DNA of 45,698 nucleotides, counting the filler, from Catajapyx aquilonaris (taxonomy: Eukaryota), in assembly GCA_000934665.2 (NCBI GenBank). It is 2 parts of 2 records of this genome, joined end to end, with 100 filler letters (N's around TTAATTAATTAA, not from the genome) between each part and the next. Parts side by side here need not be neighbours in the genome. Positions count along the whole stretch, not along the records: positions 1 to 22,789 come from JYFJ02005809.1; 1 more part is not named here. One strand, given 5' to 3'. This document shows, piece by piece, positions 1-11,300 of this stretch (its first letter is position 1; every line of letters begins with the position of its first letter). The position numbers and the translations under genes were made by a program. The notes beneath the pieces were generated by a model. The model worked only from the letters and a program-made list of their open reading frames with translations. It made no database searches and was not told where the DNA came from.

Positions 1-4
1 GGTC

Positions 5-1621
5 ATGTCCACCGCCTTCAAGGTCAAGGTCAGTCCACTCGACGACCCTTTCCTCATCCACTTGTCTCGGAGGTCATCGGGGTCACTTGTGGAGGAGAGA
101 GAGGTCCATCGAGTGATGACCTCGCCCCCTGCCAGTGCCCTCAGGCTGAAGGTGGCCAGTCGGATGGAGGAAGGTGGGCAGTTGAAGGTGGAGACTGTCT
201 GCTTCTTCTGCGCGGAAGGGGGTCAACCGAAGGTCATCGATCTGGGCGGTGTCAACCATGCAGACAGAGCAAGAACTGACAGGTTCTTCAAAAACTACGA
301 CATAAACAAGATGAACAGGAAGCCCGTTGTTCTTGGAATGTACGCGTGGCCAGCTGACATGGAGGACGTCCGAAAGAGCAAAAAGGAACTGGGCGAGGTT
401 TACCTCAAGTATCACGAACGGGCCTACATCGTGGTCGAGGAAGGAAGCAACTGTTTCATTTCCGAGATTTACGTAAAGGATCCACAGAGTGTCGATCTGG
501 AAACCAGGCTGGACAACGGCTCTTGGGTGGGACTGACATCTGATTTGCTGTCAGGACGCGTGGATGCGGTAGGTGCTTTGCCTTACAAGGAGGACTCCTA
601 TCGACACACCCTCCTCACTCATCCCTTCGTTTACGCACACGTGACATTCCTGACCAGGAGACCCGGAGGAGTGGTCAGCTGGAGGGTCATCTACAGGCCC
701 TACGTCCTCCCCTTCTGGGTGTCCTTGGGGGTCACCCTCGCCCTCCTCCCCATCGCGATGGGCAGCCTCTCCCGCTGCGACCCATCTGGAGGGAGGTCAG
801 AGGTCGAAGGGCAGCGACTGACCCTGCTGGGATCCCTCCACGTCCTGGCCAGACACCTGGTAGAACAGCCCGTTCCCTTCCCCACATCCCGCCGCTTTCT
901 CTTCCTGGCCTCCTCCTTCCTCTTCTTCTCCACCGTGGTCATCACTGGCTACAAGGCCAAGATGGTCTCCTTCCTTACCTTTCCCCCGAGGGAGTTTGTC
1001 CCGAGGAACTGGAGGGAACTGGCGGAATCGGATTGGACCATCGAAGCTGACATGATCAATTTTCTTCTCTGGAAGATAGTACTCTCCTCTGTCGATGATA
1101 CTTTCTACCACTCACTGGATGTGAAGTTGTCCATGGGAGAGAGTGTCCATCATTGCCTGGAGAAGATGCAAATAGAGCAACTTGTCTGCGCTGGTGTCAG
1201 TCTGTTCTTGGATCAGGAGATTTACCTATTTCGCGACACTTCTGGGCAGCCAACATTCCGTTACTCCGAAGACCGCGTATTTTCGACGTACACTGGGCCG
1301 AGTTACCCCCGGGGACAAACCATGGCATATCACATCGGATCTATGGTCGTGAGATTTATCAAAGAAAATGATATGATAACAGTGATCTGGCGTGACTACA
1401 TGTACCTGATGTTCCTCCGTTCCTTGGATCTAATCCGGGCCAGGGAGAGGGACAACCCCCAAAAGGCAGAGGAAGTGTTGACCAGGACAAAACTCTCCGC
1501 CATCTTGAACATGTGGTTGGTGGGACTGGCCGTTGCTCTGGGCGCATTTGCATTTGAAATGCTCGGTCGTAAATGCAGGCCAAAAGGAAGGAAGCCTGAA
1601 GACGAGAAGACGAGTCAATAA
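5..1621 (+). CDS. Divergent ionotropic receptor (variant iGluR, IR family), intronless over the visible part; may be 5'-incomplete at the window edge
   Basis: 538-aa ORF with IR layout: S1 lobe (NGSWVGLTSDLLSGRVD; THPFVYAHVTFLTRRP), M1 (RPYVLPFWVSLGVTLALLP), pore (LARHLVEQP), M2/M3 (RFLFLASSFLFFSTVVITGYKAKMVSFLTFP), S2 (PRNWRELAES), final TM (LSAILNMWLVGLAVALGAFAFE). AATAAA near 1856. Confidence 0.88.
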   Translation: MSTAFKVKVSPLDDPFLIHLSRRSSGSLVEEREVHRVMTSPPASALRLKVASRMEEGGQLKVETVCFFCAEGGQPKVIDLGGVNHADRARTDRFFKNYDINKMNRKPVVLGMYAWPADMEDVRKSKKELGEVYLKYHERAYIVVEEGSNCFISEIYVKDPQSVDLETRLDNGSWVGLTSDLLSGRVDAVGALPYKEDSYRHTLLTHPFVYAHVTFLTRRPGGVVSWRVIYRPYVLPFWVSLGVTLALLPIAMGSLSRCDPSGGRSEVEGQRLTLLGSLHVLARHLVEQPVPFPTSRRFLFLASSFLFFSTVVITGYKAKMVSFLTFPPREFVPRNWRELAESDWTIEADMINFLLWKIVLSSVDDTFYHSLDVKLSMGESVHHCLEKMQIEQLVCAGVSLFLDQEIYLFRDTSGQPTFRYSEDRVFSTYTGPSYPRGQTMAYHIGSMVVRFIKENDMITVIWRDYMYLMFLRSLDLIRARERDNPQKAEEVLTRTKLSAILNMWLVGLAVALGAFAFEMLGRKCRPKGRKPEDEKTSQ

Positions 1622-1896
1622 TTGTGGCGGGACAAGAAAATTCTGAAAGGCGATACCCCGTTTTGCATTGATTACCTTAAAATTTAGTTCATAAATTTCA
1701 CAGCTCACCAGTAGCAACCTCCCACTCATCCGCACTTGTGCCACATGTAAAGGCTTAAAAAATAATGGTGTTCTCCGTTAAAAATTAAAATTAAAAATCA
1801 TTTTGAAGTACAGCACATCGCTTTTAAAACACCTCTGTATTTGGCATATGACGTTAATAAAAAATATGTGACTAGTATGATTCATTTATTCACCAC

Positions 1897-2690
1897 ATTA
1901 GATCAAAAACATTCCCTTCAGTGAAAAAAGGGTAGTAAGACCTCCGTGGCGGAAGGAAAGTACTGAAACAAGGCAGGCGCACGTAAGACCTTCACCAATT
2001 GATTTAAGCTGTACCACAGGTCTTACTCAAGCAATTACCAATATACTGCTCATGAAATCTCCTTTCTGAAAACAAATTAGTGGAATTTCTGTCGTGCTAC
2101 TAGTTGCTTCTAACTTAGCAGTACCAGTGTAGTGCAATGGTACTGCTAAGTTAGCAGTAACTACAGACCTATAGTTAATAGTAATAGTAGTACGACGAAA
2201 ATTCCACCCATCAATTTTCCATGAGCCACTCCATCTTAGTGTTTTCTGAAATTAGGAACTTCAATATTATAAGCACATTGAATTTCTTTGCGATTGGTGC
2301 GAATTATTGCCATGAAACATTCAAGCAGAATCGTAACCTCTTTTAGATGCTGATTTTAACTCTAACATTTAATTTTTCACATATAAACGTTAATTGGTGA
2401 ATTTTACAGGGTCTTTTTCGATTGGACCAAGCCTGTTAGAATGGGTTTCGTTTTTCCCCCATTTTTTCTTTTCACAATAAAACCCTACATACTGCTCTGA
2501 GTAGTTTGAAGCAGTAATTTTTACGAGCCGTTCCATACAGTACTTGAGAATTGCTTGAGTAAGACCTATGGTACATCTTAAATCAATTGGTGAAGGTCTT
2601 ACGTGCGCCTGCCTTGTTTCAGTACTTTCATTCCGCCGCGGAGGTCTTACTACCCTTTTTCTTCACTGAAGGGAATGTTTTTGATCTAAT
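1897..2690. mobile_element. MITE with about 145-bp terminal inverted repeats and an inner inverted repeat (about 2048-2226)
   Basis: TAGATCAAAAACATTCCCTTCAGTG...CTTACTCAAGCAATT (1899-2036) is the reverse complement of about 2549-2688; non-coding. Confidence 0.8.
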
Positions 2691-3919
2691 TTCAGTTCTT
2701 TTTTTAAACCCCTACGCAGCTATACCTCCATCGCCTAGGTTGTCGCTTGCAATAATTACTGTATTACTCTCAAGATAAGGACAAGATATTTTACAAATAA
2801 TAACAGCTACAGTGATACATGTAGGATCATATCATACTAACACCTTTATGCTCTACACTTCAGTCTGCACTATGAATGTATTGGAGACGATTTTCGTCGC
2901 TTAGAAGTCCCTGAAATGATTTTCACAGAGATAGTCGTAAAAACACGAAAGTGGAGTGCCAAGGTCGCCTCAGGAAAAATTCCGGGATCGTACCGTAAAA
3001 TAGGCCACAGCCGCTTCCTTTCCTATCCTTGTCCTGTCCATGAGGAGGTGCGGTGTCGGTGGGGTATTTCTGACCCGCACCTAAAGGCTTGTCTTGCAAC
3101 CTGACCCCCTGGGTGACTGCGCACGGACATTGCACTTGGACCCGTATCCCCCCCGCACAAATCCCTATCCCGACCACCGGAGAGAGAAAATGCGAAGAAA
3201 ATTTCGTAAGAAAAAATGGCGGTAACCCACCCCCCTAAAAGGGCTCTGTTCCCTCGAATGCGAATGGGGTAAAGCTAAAAAAAACCAGTGGGTACAAAGA
3301 AATGATGATTTTTCATTATTTTGTACTTTGTTGTGGTCATAGGTTCCCACAGTTGCCATATGGCAACATCCTGTCAAACTCATAATTTCAAAGATACTAT
3401 ATCCAAACTTTTATGTTTTATGGGTTTTATGTCACCTCTTATGATGGAAACTAGCAGTAATTATTTTTTTCTCACATGTAAAAAATTTGGGAAAGAAAGC
3501 GCTAAACAATACTATTTGAACCCCAAATTTTAGAGTTGCCATATGTTATTTTTTAAACCCTTTGATGACTAGGGGCATCATATGATGTCCGAGCAAACAT
3601 TCCTGCAGGGTCTACGGACATCGTATGATATCTTGAGATTTGCCCTGAAAACTTGGGACATTATTTTTCAACTTGTAGTGCCCCAGACATGGTCTTAAGG
3701 GACACCACGAAGGTTTAAGTCACTGGCATATTCTTCAGGCTGATACTGATAAACGTCTGATCTCCAGAACAGTCACTCAACGACTCCCCTTCCAAACACT
3801 CTCTAAACCCGACAACACTTTGGTAACATAGCACCATCAGTTAACATTAACCACAAGAATTCTCTTAAAGAACAGTAGGCAGTCTTGTTGCCAGGATTCG
3901 ATAACTACAAACTCGTAAA

Positions 3920-4390
3920 ATTACAACCTCACCAATTCTCTTGAAATTCGGTGCGTTGGTAGCCCACCCCAAGGGATGAAAATCGCTACCTGATCAAAAT
4001 GACCCTGTGACCCACATTGGAGGGGAGCAGAGGTCAAATAATAAAATTCCGACCTCATTGGTAACCCACACCAAGGGATGAAAAACGCACCCGTAGTCAC
4101 CTGATCAAAATAATCATGTGACCCATTTTTGAAGGGGGCATATGTCAATGGACCGAATTTCTAGAAAATCGGTGAGGTCAGAATTTGACCTCTGCCCCCC
4201 TCAAAATTGGGTCACGTGGTCGTTTTGATCAGGTAACTATAGGTGCGTTTTTCATCCCTTGGTGTGGGCTACCAATGCACCGAATTTCAAGAAAATCGGC
4301 GAGGTCGGAATTTGACCTCTGCCCCCCTCCAATATGGGTTACAGGGTCATTTTGATCAGGTTACTATAGGTGGGTTTTTCATTCCTTCGT
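3920..4390. repeat. Foldback-like repeat: two direct copies then two inverted copies of a roughly 110-140-bp unit
   Basis: Unit containing CCAAGGGATGAAAA...CCTGATCAAAAT...GTGACCCA appears twice forward (about 3925-4150) and twice reverse-complemented (about 4155-4390). Confidence 0.7.
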
Positions 4391-4461
4391 TTTTCATGAG
4401 GATCTAATGTGGGTTAGGTTCATCAGTTTCTTTTTGGAAAAAGAATAAAGGACGGTCCTTT

Positions 4462-4960
4462 TTAAGATGGCCTGGTGCAGGAAGAGGCAACGCTGCTCGC
4501 TGGCGTCGTGCTGCTACCTCAGCACCTTTGTCAGCATGTCTGGAAGGTATTCCAGCTGCTCCAGGGCCGCCCCCAGCTTGTCCTCCAGGGTGGTCAGTCG
4601 CTCCTCCACGTGGCCGTGGTGGCAGCTCATCTCCGCCACTATCTCGCACGTTGACTTATGCGTCTGGAACGCTTCAGATCGCGTTACTACGAGCTCAATT
4701 ATTCATCAATTGGCCATGTGTGTGAGGTTGTTGGCGTTGTCCGTCTGCTTCTTCTGGTCCATCTTCACCTTTCGAAGCTTGCAAGATAATCAAATCAGTC
4801 AACTGGGTCCGGAATGACCTGGCAGGGTCACTCACGCATACATGGCCAGCAGGAACTTCCTCTGGTGGGTCCTGACCCTGGAGGCGTTGACCCTCTTCAC
4901 CAGCTTGGTGTACTTGTAGATAAGCCACATCGCACGAAGAAAGTTGGCAGCAGCGTTAAT
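4462..4960 (-). pseudogene. SK: SK (KCNN) potassium channel 3' fragment, copy 1: calmodulin-binding domain and C-terminal coiled coil, three decayed exons
   Basis: Minus strand 4960-4836 reads [42 protein letters not shown] then a GTGAGT donor; next LRKVKMDQKKQTDNANNLTHMA and EIVAEMSCHHGHVEERLTTLEDKL...LPDMLTKVLR*QHDASEQRCLFLHQA. Second acceptor is CAA, second donor is lost, in-frame TAG. No TM or pore exons seen. Confidence 0.85.
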
Positions 4961-7768
4961 CTGAGTGACTGAATGGAAAGGGAAAAAAAGGACATTAATT
5001 CAGAATGTTATATTTTCTTCTTTTCTCGAAGTTAATATATTAATCACCATTTGATGCTTTGTGACTCGATCAAAGAGGAATCGAGAATTGAGTGGAGATG
5101 TTACAAATCAGGAACACGAATTTTTGATCTCTTTTTCCTCCAGGACAATTCCCCTTCCTTTATTCCTACCCACAGCACTGCCTTGATATTATTAACTTCT
5201 TCCTCCGAAGGTTTCCCCCCCGGATATTAAATTCCCGAAAAATATTCAATCCCGTCTAATCGCCTATTATTATTGCGTCCCTTCAAAATGCCTCGCCACC
5301 TTCAACCTCTGACCTCTTCCGACACATTCAAGTGACTGCAAAGTGACTGATAAATTTAATGAGACGTCACATTCATTGATGCGATTGTTAACGGTTTAGA
5401 TTGCCGCAAATTTATTGGACCAAATATCACTTGTTGTGTTTATAACTATCACAACCATCACAACCGATTGGATATGAATATTATTGGCCTAATGAGTCAT
5501 CATTTTATCACCAGAAGCTACTTTATTTTGCAGATTGAGTGGAAGGGCTGGCCTTCATGGCTCGAAATATAGAACTTGACCTCACAAACCTGACAAGTAT
5601 ATCTTCCGGTGATAAGAGCAGTGAGCCAAACGCTGTGTTGCAAGTAAGATGCATAATTATGTAGCGTTGCTTGCAGCACCTTTACGGGAAGTACGGGTAA
5701 GTTGTTACAGTTACATTAATTGTTAATCACTAAATGAGCTACTGCGTGGACGAACAATATGACGGACTTGAATCCACAAAATGGACTGTATGAGCCCCAC
5801 TTTTTGTGGGCGGATGAAATTGTCCCAAAATTTGGCGGTTAGCCAGGTCTGAAACTCACACCGCATAGTGTGCTTTTTTGCACATGGACATGTATGATTG
5901 TACGATTAGTCAGAGCCAACCAGCCAGACACTGTACAGAGCAAAGTGACAAGACTGGTTACATCGCAATGAGGCCACACATGTCGAGCTGCACTCACTTA
6001 AGAAGCATTACCGCAATAAAAACACATAGGCCAAGGGGTTAACCACTCGAATGTAAAGTGTACACTGGACGACTGCAGTAGCCTACCAAATTCAAGGATT
6101 ACCGCAAGGAGTATCAACCTGCAATTTTTTGGCGATGGAAAAGGAAATTAGATTAGGAGGAGATGCGTCACGCGCATTTCGTCAGACACTTTTCGACCAA
6201 AATGTGCGAAAATCCTGCTTGCTTTGCAATTTGGAATCGAAACATGTACTGGCGGAAAGAGAAAATATTGACGAAATAATCCGATAGATTTTGGCTGCCA
6301 AAAAATAGTGGAAGGACACTACGAGTCATTCGCTTCAGCACGATGCAGTGAGTTCGTACCGCGTGAGGCTAGGTGGCAGACCGAGAGACGTCTGCGGCGC
6401 CACTGATCCAGGCGACGCCCGCGACGTCTACTCCATCCCCCGAAACCACCATCCCAACCCCACCTCCTACACTTCTGCGCATGACGTCCAATGACCTATG
6501 CTCCCAAACTATTCCCCCAAATCCACTATTCACCAGCTTATAGTGCGAACAATTTAGGCATATTCCATTATACATTGATAAAATAATGTTCAATTATGAC
6601 AATAACGTCTTGAGACGGTAAATACCACTTGTCTTGGCTGTAGTTTACAAGGCATTTTGTTCCGTACAAAATCAGTCACACGACACTGAACTAAACTGAC
6701 TGTGATTGGGAGCAGAGCTGGAATGTCCTTTCTTCTGCGCGTCCAGGGAAGTGTGGGGAAGGATGGGTGTTGGGAGGAGTCACAAGGAGCCAAGGCCAAT
6801 CATAGCCAGTGACGCCCATATGAAATTAATTTTAAAAAATACTTACCATGGAATATATTATTTTATTTCTGTCATTGGATAATTGAGGGTTTTTCCCCAT
6901 TGCCGCTTTTGCTCTATTACAAGCCCAATCAATCAACATCAATCTGGCATGATCAGCACATCATCAACTTCGAATGATAGATGTAGACTATTATTTTGAA
7001 AAGAAAAGGGCACGCATACAAGTCATACAGTATATGAGCGATGTACAGTACAGTACAGTCTTGGATATGAATGGCGTCGTACTGGTGGCTTCAAATGGAT
7101 CACAAAACGAATCACAAATGGTTCCAAGTATAGACTTTCAACATAAATGATTACACAAGCCCTCACGTGTTGAGATACGGCGGAGGCGACTGATTAACCC
7201 TGGCCATATATCTGACTGGGGATTTTTATCATTCTGTATCAGCGTGAGTCAAAGACGTAGCCGCAAGGTATCAAAGGCCGACCATATTATTGAAGGTGAT
7301 AAACATATTGTGCGCAATGAAGCCTCCTCCTCCCTGTCAGAGTGATGGAGTGAGGCATAGGCGTAACACTTTCTCTCGAAAGCCAGTCACATCTCGAGCT
7401 TCAGATTCAGGTGATCAGACAGTGATTCCCTTATCCGAGTCTGCCGTCTATTAGTCTATATTTCGCTTCGTATTCACATATAAGAACATCTGATGAGCAT
7501 ACTTCATACCAATCGTGCATTTCTGCACTGAGCGGGGTAAGTGCAAAAATATTGTATTACGAGGGCACTAGTCCTGAATTGCACCAAAAGTATGGGCGAA
7601 ACTAACGGTGGAAAGTTTACAATTACATAGTTGTAAATTATCACCTAATATTATTACTCAGAAATTTTAGAATCTGTTGACTGTTGTTATTATCACTGTT
7701 CATGTTTGAATTTTCTGAATTTGCAGAATAATATTCCTGGTGTGAACTGAACAACAAGACAAAAGACC

Positions 7769-8301
7769 ATGGCATCTGAATCCGAGAGGGACAAGAACTC
7801 CTGGAGCGAGTTGCATCTGGCGGCAAGCAAGGGACATTTTGACATAATCCAAGACCTACTTCGGCGGGGAGAAGATGTGAACGCAAGGAGCAGCATACTC
7901 TACAGGACCCCGCTCATTTTGGCAGCCAGAGTCCCAAACATCCTGACCTGCGAGAAGCTGGTGTCTCACCCTGGATGCGACGTCAATTCGCAGGACCATT
8001 CCGGTGTGTCCGCCCTTCACGAGGCGGCGGAACGAGGCAGCGTGCAGGTGTGTCAACTGCTAATTGACAACGGTGCCAAGGTGGACATCCGGACAGACGA
8101 TGGGTTCACTCCGCTGCATATGGCGGCAAAGGCTGGTCAGCTGATGGTGGCCGAGCTTTTGCTGGAGAAGGGAGCTGACCCACTGGCCTTCACCAACGAG
8201 GAAGTGACCCCGTCATTCCTCGCAAATGACGCAGGGCACACGGCTGTATGGAAGATCCTCAAGGATGCAGCGGACAAGGCCCAGAACCAGGGTGGAGCAA
8301 G
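7769..8301 (+). CDS. Exon 1: ankyrin-repeat domain (about 4 repeats plus a partial fifth)
   Basis: SELHLAASKGH..GEDVN, TPLILAA..GCDVN, SALHEAAERGS..GAKVD, TPLHMAAKAGQ..GADP. The ORF-track stop TAA (8303-8305) lies inside the donor AG|GTAAGG. Confidence 0.92.
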
Positions 8302-11300
8302 GTAAGGATAGCGATTTGATGAATACGAATGCATTTCATCTCAATCCGATTCGTTCCTTCCACAGCAGGATTACTGAGTTGGCAGAAGAAGTGTTCCCTT
8401 TGAAAGAGGGCCATCTGAATAGGGTCTTCAAAGTCTCCCGTTTTTTGGGCTCTGGAGGTTTCGGGTTGGCGTTTGAGGCTCTGGAGGTGCGCACGAATCG
8501 AACGTGTGCTATTAAACGCATATGCCTGCCGAGTGCTACAAGCAAATCCATGAGGGATGTTCGGGCCCTGATGAAGCTTCGGCATACCAACATTATCACC
8601 TTCTACGGATGCTGGAGAGAACAACCACTGTCCAAGGATCAAGGGGATTGGGACATGAACCATTTCACGGACTTGGTGTGCTCCAGGCAGACGTACCATC
8701 CTCACACCACCCCCTACCTCTACGTCCAGATGGAGTTGTGCCAGAGGGAAACCCTGGAGCATTACATCTCCAAGAACAGGAACGAGGTGAACCAGCCCGA
8801 GTTCCTGTCCTACTTCCTGCAGATAACTTCGGCCTTGAGTTATATCCACGGAAGGGGCTACATCCACAGGGACCTGAAGCCTTCCAACGTCTTCTTCTCC
8901 CTGGATGGTGTTGTGAAAGTGGGGGATTTCGGGTTGGCCAAGGAGATCGCGGGCTATTCCATCCGGACGTTGACCCACCAAAGCCACACCGGTGGGGTAG
9001 GCACCCTGTGGTACATGAGTCCGGAGCAGCAGAGTGGAGAGAAATACGACTACAAGAGTGACATATTCTCTCTCGGGGTAATATTCTATCTTGGGATGAC
9101 CTCATTCCCAAGCACGTTCACTGCTCGCCAACATGAACGTACTCTGATGATGTTAAAGTTTAGTGATAGTGTTCCTCCGCATTTTGAAGAACAAAATCCA
9201 GAGAGTAGACGGGACCTCCTTCTCTTAATGTGCAAGAATGAATCAGAAGAAAGACCCTCGGCGGGTGACGTACGAAAGAGCGTGGCAGAATGGTGAGTTC
9301 ACCTTAGTTATTAATATTCTCATTAATAAAAAATATTACTGCAAGCGATTTTCACATCTTGAGGAAAATAGGGATCGATCTATGGGGTTGAATATTAACT
9401 AGTGTAGGCCTACCCCATATTTGCGGGTACTAGGTTCGTTTATAACATAGACGTGTATGAGCGGGTTTCTAATATTAAAATCAGGTCTGCAGCAGCACGG
9501 GTGTATATTTTATCGTCAAAATTCCTCGTCATGCACTATTCAGAATGAAATCCTCTGCCGATTGCATCACGTTTCGTAACGGATTACTGTACAATTAAAT
9601 CCTGCACATCAAAGCAAGCAACATTCTCACTAGTACCCCACTAGTATCAAGAGTTGAGGGGTGTGGTGGAAAAAGGTGACAACCCTCTGTTTTGTCATTT
9701 TTGACCTGAACACCCAGCAACTTTGTAAAAGATATGACAAACAGCTTGTTATACTCCGAGTTCACGTATCATGCACGTGACGGCGACACAGACTAGATCA
9801 AAACCATCATTCCCTATGATTTGTGATAATATTGCAATATTCAATTTGCTCTCCTGAAAAATGACACTTTCGAGGGCTGTCACGTTTTTCCACTCCACCC
9901 CTCAGTTATTTTTCCATTTTACAAACTGTATACATGCGACGAGAGTTACCGCACTATTTCCCAAAATCCTCTGACAGTTTCTCCATACTTAAGCTTAGTT
10001 AGATATAATGTTTATTTGCTTCACATTTTTCCAACTGAGGCACTCATCAATTGTCGATGTCTTGCAACGCCCGTATTTGATATGGGTCGTTATAATAATG
10101 TTTTTCTCTTTGTGCCAGGCTGAATACAAGTGGGCCAGGCCTCCCCACTGCAGCTGTACATTTACTTCAGTCGTCCATAGAGGTAATCATTGTCCCTTTT
10201 GTCCCCTCCCCCATGCGGCACTCTCCTTCCAATACCACACACCCAGTCGTGTACGCATATATAGTAACTTATTTGAAAGTCTAATAATGTCACTTGCCTT
10301 GAGATTTTCACGTGGCACCTAGTCTTGCCCAATATCTACCGAATGATAATGAACTGAAGTGGCTGCTATTGGTAGCAGAGCACATTTGCATAATTGATTG
10401 ACCTGTATGAATATGGAATATGCAGTAAATTCCCTGATTATGGAACAAAATATTCACGTAAAGTCATGACGCAATATCTTGGTCATGTTGTAGGCGGGTA
10501 GTGTGAATAGCCTTGTCTCTGAAAGTCTGGCGACACGTATTACTCACGAATGGAAATAAATAATAATAAAATTGAGTCTTCACCTACATGATGACATATG
10601 CGCATCATTATAATGCATATCCATGCGTGTCCTTTTGCTCAGAAAAGCCGCACATTTAATCTTTGTACCCTTTCCGGATTTCGAATGAAACAGACGAGAA
10701 TTTTCAACCCCCATTTGCAGGTGTTCCTATTATTTTCTACAGCCCATGTATATGCGACAGCATGTTCTGAATAAATCTGCCAAAATGATGCAGGTAGTAG
10801 AGGGTGCGTATGGATGAATCATGACATGGGTCCAAAAAGCCCTCGATGATGTGCATCCTGACAAGTATGGGTACCCCCGTACATGCCTGCATTGCTGGTT
10901 GCCGGGGACAGGCACTCTCACTACCAGACGGTTGCTCAATCGACCTGGCTCCGGCAACCAGGCATGCAGGCATGTACGGCGGTATCAATACTTGTCAAGA
11001 AAGATATGGTCAACGTCAAAGGTCGTTGCAGGCCTTTCGGACCCATGCCATGCTTCTTCCATAATCACCCTCCCCCCCACTACCAATATCATTTTGGCAG
11101 GTGGATTCATGAACACGCTGTGTAAATGGAATTTTTTCCTATATTAGAATATTTTCACAACATATTTTGGACAATTTAACAAATACACTTGCTTTTTTTG
11201 CAGGATGATAATAGCAGTAGTGTCCGAGAACAAGGGGCGAAGGAGATGGACGAATCAACAAATGAACATGGAGGGTCGAGTGGAAGCCACCATTCTCCTG

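Noticed and set aside
8226..8365. N-terminal 47 aa of the 356-aa kinase ORF as a separate gene start
   Set aside because: It overlaps ankyrin exon 1 in another frame plus the 64-nt intron, and copy 2 does not conserve it.
8259..9111. Antisense and alternate-frame ORFs over the kinase (also 18456-19031, and those over the IR and ankyrin exons)
   Set aside because: Shadows of GC-rich codon usage in the real exons; no recognisable motifs.
7769..9292. Calling the gene PERK, PKR or RNase L
   Set aside because: No signal peptide, luminal domain or TM; no dsRBD; no KEN ribonuclease domain. No symbol assigned.
10721..10793. Possible extra exon in intron 3 (acceptors at 10720 and 10742, donor near 10793)
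   Set aside because: The first acceptor runs into a stop; the second needs a weak GTAGTA donor inside a palindromic repeat; no paralog support.
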